Assembly (NCBI RefSeq): GCF_004010195.1
Contig: NC_057719.1
Location: 60,280,033-60,300,032, forward strand
Source: Chiloscyllium plagiosum
Taxonomy: Eukaryota
DNA length: 20,000 nt
Direction of reading: 5' to 3'
Part shown: positions 10,491-19,350 of the stretch, one piece after another
How the letters are laid out: each line of letters starts with the position of its first letter
Numbering within the stretch: the first letter of the stretch is position 1
Made by a program: the position numbers and the translations under genes
The notes under the pieces: generated by a model
Database searches by the model: none
What the model saw: the letters and a program-made list of their open reading frames with translations, nothing else
What the model was told of the DNA's origin: nothing

Positions 10491-12461
10491 CTGTGGAAAA
10501 TGTGGGGACAATATCAAACTAACTGCTAACTTTACAAGAATGACTGGAGTATATTTGTATTGCACAACTGGAGTCTGGTTGGCAGAGGTTTGTTTGGATA
10601 CAGACTTAACAGAGGATCTGTTATGCTTGGTTGAGTTGAATATTTGCATACAAATCATATTTTCACAACTGTCCATGTCTTTTTAAGCCACACAATCTAT
10701 TTGTCCCCAGACAACATGCATTTGTGTGCCCAAAGGCAATGAAAATTCAAAGTTAGTATAAGTTTAACCACGTACTGGGGAGGTAGAAATACGTGCATAC
10801 TCAAAGCACAGTATTCTTCGCTTATTTTACTAAATAGTTTAATAAATTTAACTGTGCATTAGTCAATGAATGTAACTAAAGCAACTTATAGTTGTCTAAT
10901 TCTACACACTGGAATTAAAACTGCCTCAGAGCAGTCTAATAAAATAGGAAAGAACATTTCACCTGTGGATTGTGGAGGTGGTGGTATGGTAAGGGAAGAA
11001 TTATGGGGAAGGCATGAGAGTGTAGTGTGATCTACTGCTTTATCCTCCTTAGTTTCTTTTCAAGTGAATAATGCTCTAAAAGTTCCATTACTAAAAGCTA
11101 CAGCCTTAGATTGCGATATCTGCCCTTTTTATTTGCTGCTACATAGAGGAGCTTTGACTTCAAAACTTTAATTGGATGGACTTTAGTTCCCATGTTGCTT
11201 CCCTAAGCATGGGAAAAGTTCTACGCTCTAAAGTTGCCAATTCATAAAGTGCTGTAGATTATACAATTGCCTGTAGCAAAATGAATGTTAAAAGATTTAA
11301 TCTACCAAATCTATATCTGTCAAGTCCTCATTGTTTGTCTGGTTACTGGACTCAATTAGTCAGTCGACGTCATGAATATGCATTGCAGAATTTCAATTTC
11401 TGGCAATGTGGATTTTTGGGGCTGGGCAAAAATATATATTTGCTCCTATGAGTGGTTCACATCATTGTATTACAACATACAATGAAGATATATTTATTAC
11501 AGCACATTCAATGCTTTCCAGCACATTCAATGCATTCTGAGCAGCATGATCCTGACCTAAAGCAACCTTCAGCCCCATTATGCTCATGTGTTGCAAGATG
11601 GTTTGATCTTCTTCCTCATGGGTCAAAGCACTGCCAGTAACAAATGATTGTGAACAATGCGACTATTTTATTTCAATTGGAGACATGCTGAGAAGTTAGC
11701 CATGTTCATACAACCAGCAATATGATTTTTACATAGTGATAGAATTTAAATGGATAGATACTTTCTATTGTAAGTGGACATGCACAATCCTGCAAAAATG
11801 TAATGTGGTTGAACGAACCTTTCAGTTTTTCTGGGGCTGGGATGTTGCATACTGAGCGAAGTACCAAAAGACAAAACTACTGAATCTCAAGGATGTGAGA
11901 AAAAAATACAGGCTCTAGGAAGGAAATAGGATAACACCTGGAAAGATAAGCAAAAGGGATACTTGGCAACCCTGTAAATTTGGAATGTGTGAAAGGTGTT
12001 TGTCGAAAATGGATCATTTTGCAATTTGAATCATGCACAATGTGTAAATAATTGAAATTTCTTGCTGAGGGCAGAGCTCCACTTTAGAGTCTTTTTTGGA
12101 GTAGTGTCCTCCTAATATGGTAGCAAAACAAGCGATTGTTAACCTGTGCCTGAGTCTCCTGAGATTATTTTATAAAATAATCTACCTCAACGCTGTGATC
12201 TTACAGAAAGTGTGTAATCATGATGGTCAGCTCTTGAGTATGGATATGAGCAATTACACATGCAAGTATCACACATCGGCAAGACTGCTGCGAGCCTCAG
12301 AATCTAACACACAGAATTACTTATCCTAATTGTAAACAATGACAACAAAACCATATTGCAAAAAAGTCAAATGGGAATGAAATTAGCTACTTGGCATCAG
12401 CCTAAGCACTTGAAATGACAAAGGAAAACTGTCTATCTTAGAATACGATATCCTCCTTCAT

Positions 12462-12749
12462 CAGTAGAGGACACAGGTTTAAGATTTTGTGTAAGATTTG
12501 GGTAATTGGAGTTTGAACTTTTATTACGCAGTGAATGGTAATGACTTGCAATTCACTGTGTATGAGAGTGAAAGTAGATAAAATATCAATGATTTCAAAA
12601 GGAAATTGGAAGAACATTTGAAGAAAATAAACTTGCAAGGTTATGGTACTCGAGCAGGATTTGAGACTGACTGGATTATTGCAGGGGGAAAGGGCACAGA
12701 AATGACGTGTCAAATGGCGTCTTTCTGTGTCATAAATGATTCTCTGACT
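12462..12749 (+). mobile_element. Old CR1 LINE 3' fragment
   Basis: Remnants of SRGHRFKI...F(I)TQ..V...NSL...DFKRKLEEHLKKINLQGYG, followed by the CR1 tail CAAATGGCGTCTTTCTGTGTCATAAATGATTCTCTGACT. Confidence 0.8.
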
Positions 12750-12874
12750 TTAGCATCCAGGGATTTCCGCTAAAATTTGGAAAACTGTCCTACAAACAAA
12801 ATAAGCAACAACCTGACATCATCATACTCACCAAATTATATCTGACAACCAATATGCCAAACTATTTAATCACT

Positions 12875-13092
12875 AACAGAAATAGAAATTGCTAGAGAAA
12901 CTCAACAGATCTGGCAGCATCTGTGGAGAGAAAACAGAGTTTAACATTTCTGAAGGATCTCTTCACTCAGACAGTTCTAAAGAAGGGTCACAGGACTTGA
13001 AATGTTAACTCTGCTTTTTCCTCCACAGTTGCTATCAGGCCTGCTGAGTTTCTCGAGAAATTTCTGTTTCTGTTGCAGGTTTCCAGCAACTG
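12875..13092. mobile_element. Head-to-head inverted pair of PLE pLTR tails with decayed hammerhead motifs
   Basis: 12875-12950 is an imperfect reverse complement of about 12999-13074. The right arm has CTAAAGA-agggtcacaggactt-GAAATGTT (12977-13006) and matches the copy at 15553-15655. Confidence 0.8.
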
Positions 13093-13455
13093 TTTTATTC
13101 TTCCTCACAAAATGTGGGTATTTTCTGACCCACTGGCAAGGCAGCCACCAGATGATGGCAATAGCACCATAATATCAGACTGCAAGGACACAGATCTACT
13201 TTAAATGGGAACATCAATATCCATCGAAAGAATGACTCACAGGCACCACTATTGAATGAGTTAGCTGAGCCCTTGTACAAACAATCATGTCCACACCTGT
13301 CAATAAGGAACCATCGAGCTGAATTGCACTTTATAGCATCTGGTCAGAAGACTTGTAGGTAAGGGTACTCCAAGAGAATGTGCAGGCATGTTTTAAACAT
13401 TATGAGGATTTTTCCTTCTGTCACCATATCAGGTAGTGAATTTTGACTTTACACT

Positions 13456-13845
13456 TTCATGGGATATGGATATTACTGGCAAATACAGTAATGTATACAG
13501 TAATATATATTACTGCAAATTGTTCCTGAATTGAGTGTTTTGCCAGTAAATTTCAGAGGGCAATTGAGAGTCAATGATGTTTTGTGAAAATGGAATCACA
13601 TGTAAGCCAGATCAAGTAACAAATGGCAGGTTTTCTTCTTTAAAGGATATTATTGGTGAACCAAATGGGTTTCTATGACAGTGGTAGTTTCATGATCGTG
13701 ATTCCTGGGAGGAGTTTTCAATTCCATGTTTATTCATTAATTGCATTTAAATTCCACCAGCTGCCATTGTGATATATGAAACCTTGTCCCCAGACCATTA
13801 GCTGGGATCTATGGATTACTGATCCAGTGACATTACCACTGTACC
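13456..13845 (-). mobile_element. Near full-length, diverged shark tRNA-derived SINE with CR1-like 3' tail
   Basis: The minus strand begins GGTACAGTGGTAATGTCACTGGATCAGTAATCCA (A-box-like) and has a decayed B box (GGTTTCATATATC). The body includes GGCAGCTGGTGGAATTTAAA...AAACCCATTTGGTTCACC...TTGACTCTCAATTGCCCTCTGAAA and the end reads CCATATCCCATGAA. Confidence 0.8.
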
Positions 13846-13859
13846 TAAGATCCAGATCA

Positions 13860-14045
13860 CTAACACACTCTTTGATGAAATAATTCCTCAAGAATTCCTT
13901 TGAAAGCTCCTTCCTCTTATCCTAAATCTACACCCCTGGTTATGGATCTCTCAGCTGGGGAAATAATGTTTTCATATCCAATTTATCTTAATGCCTGAGG
14001 CGCTCCTCAGTCTCTTTCAAAGAAAATAATCCCATGTTTCCACTG
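13860..14045 (-). mobile_element. Highly decayed CR1 3'-region fragment
   Basis: CCTAAATCTACACCCCTGGTTATGGATC is the reverse complement of a TRG.RFR-like motif, with CR1-like flanking sequence. Confidence 0.45.
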
Positions 14046-14240
14046 TATGACAATACATTACATCTTAATTCCTGCTCTTCTGTGCTCTAGGTCGAGGCCA
14101 CTGCTAGTCACTGCCAATGAACTCTTTTCCATCGCCTACCTTGCCCGCCAATATTCTTATGCATACTCTTTTTGTACCTTTACTTTCCCACCATCACCAT
14201 CCTTGTCCCCATTTCAAGCTCCTGCTTTCACCCTTACCAG

Positions 14241-15339
14241 CCACAAGACTATAAGATATTTGAAGAGTAGGGCTTTTGGCCCATCGAGTTTGCACTGCCA
14301 TTGGATTAAGGTAAATACGTTTCTCAACTGCATTGTCCTGCCTTCTCCCTTTAACTCTTGATCCCCTTACAAATCAAGAACCTATCTCTATCTTAAATAC
14401 AATCAGTGACTTGGCCTCCTCAGCCCTATGCATTAACGAGTTCCAAAATTAACCCACACTCCGGCTGAAGAAACCCCCCTCATCTCAGTTCTGAAAGGTC
14501 ATCCCCTCATTTTGCTCTCAGGTCCTCGTCTCTCTTAACAGTGGAAACATCTTCTCCACAGTATTCTCTAAGTTTCAATCAGATTCCCTTTATGGTCCAT
14601 TGAGTACAGACCCAGAGCCCTCGGTCGCTCCTCATTTGACAAGTCCTTCATACTTATAATTCTTGTAAAACTCCTCTGGACCCTCTCCAACACCAGCACG
14701 TCCTTCCTTAGATATGGGTTTCAAAATTGTTCACAATTTCCCACTATGCTGTACAATCAAAGCCTTATACAACCTGAGCAGTAAATCTCTGCTCTTGTAT
14801 TCTAACCCTCTTGAAATGAATGCTACCATTGCATTTGCTTTCTTAATTGTCAAATGAACCTGCATGTTAACCTTCAGACAGTCCTGCACTAGTATCTCTG
14901 TGCTTCATATTTTCAAGGTCTTGCCCAATTAGAAAATACTTTATGCCTCTATTCTTCCCATCAAAGTGCATAGCCTCACACTTTTCCACATTGTATTCCA
15001 TCTGCCACTTACCTGCCCACTCTCCTAATTTGTCCAAGTCCTTCTACAGTCTCCCTGCTTTCTCAAACTTACCTGTCCCCCCACTTATCTTTATGTCATC
15101 TGCAAACTTACCAACAATGTCCTCAATTCCTTCATCCACATTGTTAATGTAAAACAGGAATAGCTGTGGTCCCTGTGAAACTCCACTAGTCACCGGCTGC
15201 CATCCTGAAGAACACCTCCTTATCCCTACTTTCTGTCTTTTGCCAGTTAGCCAATCCTCTATCTCTGCCGATGTCTCACCCCTAACACCAAGGGCTCTTG
15301 ACTTAGCAGCCTCCTGTGTAGCACTTTGTCAAAGGCTTT
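14241..15339 (-). mobile_element. CR1 LINE 3' portion (RT domain to tail), degenerate with internal deletions
   Basis: The minus strand gives KAFDKVLHRRLLS (about 15339-15300), IVGKFADDIKISG (about 15118-15080), WQMEYNVEKCEAMHF, KANAMVAFISRGLEY and LERVQRSF. It ends in a CR1 tail near 14241-14290. Confidence 0.92.
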
Positions 15340-15489
15340 GTCTGCCTGACCTGCCCCAACCCTTTTGGGGATGTGCTCCCCTTTGTCCCTGTAGCACTCC
15401 ATTGGAGCTCCTCAGCAAGCAACTCATGGACACGCAGGACAGACTTTGCACCAGACATCTGACCAACATCGAAAAATAGCTTATTGTTT

Positions 15490-15655
15490 ACTCCTCCCCC
15501 CTCTCCCCCCACCCCATCTTCAGCACATATATCATCCTTTTCTTAACTACAAACAGTTCTGAAAAAAGGGTGACTGGGCCCAAAACATTGACACTGCTTT
15601 CTCTCCACAGAGGCTGCCAGACCTGCTGTGTTTTTCCAACAATTTCTGTTTGTGT
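15490..15655 (+). mobile_element. PLE pLTR fragment with decayed hammerhead motif
   Basis: A C-rich tract is followed by ACAGTTCTGAAAAAAGGGTGACTGGGCCCAAAACATT and the tail CTGCTTTCTCTCCACAGAGGCTGCCAGACCTGCTG...AATTTCTGTTT. This is the same family as 12971-13074. Confidence 0.75.
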
Positions 15656-16708
15656 GTTCATGAACGGCCCTTAGACAAGACAGACCAGACCCCAGCTGCT
15701 GTCTTTGCAGCTCCCTGACTATGAAACACAATTCCCCCGATTGCTTGTGATGGCCCTGAAGTACTGAACATTGCCCACTCTGTAGACTTTGATAAGCCCA
15801 AGCTGATGCTTGGCTCGACCCAATCCGCTGGTCTGTATGCAGTTTGTCCCCTGACGCTATTGGAACCCTTTAATCAACAGTATTCCTCACCTATCCCTCA
15901 CTGGCTTGAGTATGAACTGCCCCACCCACTTTCTTACATGGCCATGGGTTAATTAGACGTGCAGTGTGCTTGCCACACTGGCAGTTAGTACATGCTGCAA
16001 GTGTTAGATTGTTGTCTTGGTATGTAGTACCTCAGGATTTCCTTTCTCCCTGGATCAATCTCTACTAACAAGCACAAAAAAGCAGCCCGTATGTCTGTGC
16101 AAAAGAGCATGACAATACTGCAAAATTGAGAACCCTTAAACTCTGGCAAAAGTGCCAGTACCTTCACTGTCAGAAATGATATGGCAAAGTGAAGCAAGGC
16201 ATGGATGCTGGGATCATACAGATAAGGCACTTTCTGAACAAGTGCAAACAGAGCAAATGAGCAGCCTTGAGGTACAGCCTGGTCCAAACCACAAGCTGGG
16301 TATCTGAACCTGTGCACAAACTGTCCTTGCAAAGTTCTTCAGTGTTAATTGCTGATGATCCCTGCAATGCAGGTTTGTACACCTTAAGGTTCCTGCCAGT
16401 GGATCTGAGAGGTGCCACGATGATCCTGATGGGTCATCAAATATTGAATGCCAATGTCTGTGGACAAAAGGTGCAAGCAAATAGTGCCTATAGATCGTGC
16501 TCTAAGATGCTGTTGCATGGAGAACAACATGGAGGGCTTGCACAGCTGGCAGTGAGCTGAAATCATTTAGAAATGCTCTGAAATCCATGTCAAGAATTCT
16601 CAACATTTAATTTGCTAGCAGCATCTGGTGGGGTAGGAAACTACATATTAATGAGGAGATATGTAGTCAAAAAGGTCATTAACGAAAAATAATCCCCTTT
16701 AACATGGT

Positions 16709-16801
16709 CTCCTGAAGAAGGGCTCATGCCCAAAACGTCGATTCTCCCTGCTCCTTGGTTGCTGCCTGACCTGCTGCGCTTTTCTAGCAACACATTTTCA
16801 G
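16709..16801 (+). mobile_element. Short PLE pLTR tail with near-intact hammerhead motif
   Basis: CTGAAGA-a-[gggc tcat gccc]-AAAA-CGTC (16712-16739). GAAA is changed to AAAA, as expected from CpG decay. The tail GCTGCCTGACCTGCTGCGCTTTTCTAGCA resembles the other PLE tails in the window. Confidence 0.75.
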
Positions 16802-16880
16802 TACCTATCAACTATCACCCATTGCTTTTTATCTTAGAAAGAATTTTAGATCCCACTGACACTATGCCTTGGATTCTCTA

Positions 16881-16966
16881 AGTTAAAAATCACACAACAC
16901 CAGGTTATAGTCCGACAGGTTTAATTGGAAGCACACTAGCTTTCGGAGCGATGCTCCTTCATCAGG
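16881..16966 (-). mobile_element. 86-bp PLE-derived insertion flanked by an 11-bp target-site duplication
   Basis: TGGATTCTCTA occurs at 16870-16880 and 16967-16977. The insert is a hammerhead motif plus the tail CTTCCAATTAAACCTGTCGGACTATAACCTGGTGTTGTGTGATTTTTAACT. Confidence 0.85.
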
Positions 16967-16968
16967 TG
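16934..16968 (-). ncRNA. Minimal type I hammerhead ribozyme motif, intact core
   Basis: Minus-strand RNA: cac-CUGAUGA-a-[ggagc auc gcucc]-GAAA-GCUA-gug. Helix II is a perfect 5 bp, helix I is cac/gug, and helix III is the palindrome AGCU. Predicted cleavage is after CUA, between 16937 and 16936. Confidence 0.85.
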
Positions 16969-17004
16969 GATTCTCTAGGCTTTAGCAATTTAAATTTATT
17001 CAAC

Positions 17005-17112
17005 AAGTGCAGGCTTCACTGGCTGGACCAGTGTTTCTTGCCCAATGTTGCCCTTGAGAAGGCAGATGTGAGTTGCCCTCTTAAACCATTGAAGTCCATT
17101 TGGTGTTGGTAC
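17005..17112 (-). mobile_element. 3' tail of CR1-like LINE (same family as 3292-3410)
   Basis: Minus strand: CCAAATGGACTTCAATGGTTTAAGAGGGCAACTCACATCTGCCTTCTCAAGGGCAACATTGGGCAAGAAACACTGGTCCAGCCAG. Confidence 0.75.
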
Positions 17113-17119
17113 TTGTGAT

Positions 17120-17700
17120 GAGTCTGTCCTGTAGGACCTTATCAAAAACTCTGCTAAAATCTATTTTTGCCATCTATCTATCTAGGTAATATCAAATGCC
17201 TCATAAATCCTCCTGGTTATTTTCTCAGTAAATTTAATGATGTTAATCTAACAAGACTTTCCCTTCAAATATTCATGTTAACTGTATTTAAGTAATCCAT
17301 ATCTTTCTAAATAAAGATTGATCCTGACCCTTAGAACCTTTTCTGATAGTTTTCTCACCATCAAGTTTAGATTGACTGGTCCATACTCATCTGTTTAGAA
17401 ACCCCTTCCTTTTCAATCAACCATAGAATGTTAGCTATTCTTTCATCCTCTGAGACTCTGTCTGTTGTCATATAGGCTTAAAAGTTGATGGTCAGCTATT
17501 TCTTTTCTTGCTTCCTTTGTCTGGGGATTTATCCAATTTCAACAATGCCAAAACTTTTAATGCATCCTCTCTCACTATTTTAACTTAATCTAATATTTCA
17601 ATAATCTCTTTTTTTCCTTATTGCAATGTAAGCATTGTCCCTCTCTTCTGTGAAAACAGATGGAAAGTATCCATTAAGGTTATATCAACATCCTCCACAT
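17120..17700 (-). mobile_element. Ancient CR1 ORF2 (RT N-terminal) fragment
   Basis: Near 17390-17342 the minus strand translates as EYGPVNLNLMVRKLSE, similar to NYRPVSLTSVVGKLLE. It is followed by HEYLKGKSC (similar to HGFxKGKSC) and DFSRVFDKV (similar to DFSKAFDKV). The right boundary is uncertain. Confidence 0.7.
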
Positions 17701-17859
17701 CCACAAAGGTTTATATAATGGACTGTAATAAGCCTTTGATTAGTTCATTTCTTGCTCTTAACCTATCTAGAAAAAAACATCTCTTTAGGCTTTCCTTGAT
17801 TTTACTGTTCATGATTTTTGCATGGTCTCCTGAAGACCATGCCAGACTGGGCCTGTAGT

Positions 17860-18210
17860 ATTTGCTCAGAGAACCAACATGAAAGAAAAACCTACTTGAC
17901 TTCATCTTCACCAAACTATCAATCATCGGTCCATTTGTTCAATATAGTATTAGTTAGAGTGACCAGTATATGGGCCTCATTGAAATGAAGTCTGGCCCTC
18001 CATCATGTTGTGTAGTATTACCACTATGCTAAATGAGATAGATTCACATCAGAACTAGCAACTCTAAACTGGTCATCCAGTTGGCTCTTGCGCCATCAGC
18101 AACAGAACTCTGTTGCACCCCAATCTGTAAACCCTCAGCATATCCCACATACCCTAATTTGACCATTACCATCATGCCAAGGGATCAACAATGACTCAGT
18201 GAAGAGTGCT
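17860..18210 (+). mobile_element. Degenerate CR1-like LINE ORF2 fragment (end of AP endonuclease and linker)
   Basis: REPT*KKNLLDFIFTK...SIS*SDQ (similar to PTRGxNxLDLxLT...SDH), HHVV*YYHYAK*DRF and TITIMPRDQQ*LSEEC (similar to PWFNEEC). Confidence 0.75.
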
Positions 18211-18304
18211 AGAGATAAAGAGTGTTGCTGGTGATGAAGGGCAGTGTTTGTAGAGGAATAAAACTGTGTTATTTTATGAGTCTCTAGATTGTGAAGGAGC
18301 AAAA

Positions 18305-19231
18305 ATGGCCTTTAGTAGAGTGATATGTACTTCTTGTTAGATGTGGGAGTTTAAAGAGAGTTTAAGGGTTACTGCGGATTATATCTGCCATAAATGCTGC
18401 TGGTTGCAAATCTTATCAGATCGAATAGATCGGTTGGAGAGACAGTTAGAAGCAATGAGGAATTTGGAACAGCAACATTATGTGATGGATGGCAATTATA
18501 GGAAGGGGGCAAGTCTCAGATACAGTCACGTAGATGGGTTAACTCCAGGAAGGGTAAGAGAGGCAGGCAGCTAGTGCAGAACTCTTTTGTGGATATACCC
18601 ATTTCAAACAGGTATGCTGTTTTGTAGGGGGTGATGGATTCTCAGGGTAATGTAGCACAAACAGCCAAGTTTCTGGTATTGAGACTGGCTCAAATGCAAT
18701 GAGGGGTACGTCGGGTTCCAAGAAATCAATTGTGTTAGGGGATTCTGTAGTCAGAGGTACAGACAGACGTTTCTGTGGCCAGCAGCGAAAACTCAGAATG
18801 GTGTGTTGCTTCCCTGGTGCCAGGATCAAGGATGTCTCAGAGAGGGTGCAGAATGTTCTCAAGGGGGAGAGGGGCCAGCAAGAGGTCATTGTATACATTG
18901 GAACCAATGACATAGGAAGGGAAAGGTTGAGATTCTGAAGGGAGATTACAGAGAGTTAGGCAGGAATTTAAAAAGCAGATCCTCGAGAGCAGTAATATCT
19001 GGATTACTCTCAGTGCTAGGAGCTAGTGAGGGCAGGAACAGGAGGATAGAGCAGATGAATGCATGGCTGAGGAGCTGGTAAATGGGAAAGGGATTCACAT
19101 TGTTGGATCATTGGAATCTCTTTTGGGGTAGAAATGACCTGTATAAGAAGGACAGATTGCACTTAAATTGGAAGGGGACTTATATAATGGCAAGGCAATT
19201 TGCTAGAGCTGCTCGGGAGGATTTAAACTAG
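18305..19231 (+). pseudogene. CR1 ORF1p remnant: Zn finger/leucine zipper plus SGNH esterase domain
   Basis: MAFSRVICTSC*MWEF...YICHKC (CxxC...CxxC) and LSDRIDRLERQLEAM (coiled coil). Esterase blocks follow: IVLGDSVVRG, CFPGARIKDV, VIVYIGTNDI, KDRLHLN. The frame is broken by stops and frameshifts. Confidence 0.9.
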
Positions 19232-19350
19232 TAAGGTGGGGGAGTGGGACCCAGGGAGATAGTGAGGAAAGAGATCAATCTGAGACTGGTACAGTTGAGA
19301 ACAGAAATGAGTCAAACAGTCAGGGCAGGCGGGGACAATGTAGGACTAGT

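Noticed and set aside
11500..11533. Direct repeat CAGCACATTCAATGC, two copies with 19-bp period
   Set aside because: An ordinary local tandem duplication. Two units with a 4-nt spacer are not an array or CRISPR-like structure.
12200..12320. Possible 99-nt minus-strand exon (ILRLAAVLPMCDTCMCNCSYPYSRADHHDYTLS)
   Set aside because: The splice sites are mediocre, the peptide is unrecognised, and its phase does not fit the more protein-like frame of the 10490 exon candidate.
16615..16632. CTCF-like CCACCAGATG motifs here (minus strand) and near 13145
   Set aside because: Both mismatch the highly conserved GGC positions that follow the core.
18699..18938. GDS/GTND esterase ORF as a host enzyme or novel cargo gene
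   Set aside because: An SGNH esterase domain is a known part of CR1 ORF1p, and this copy is disrupted.
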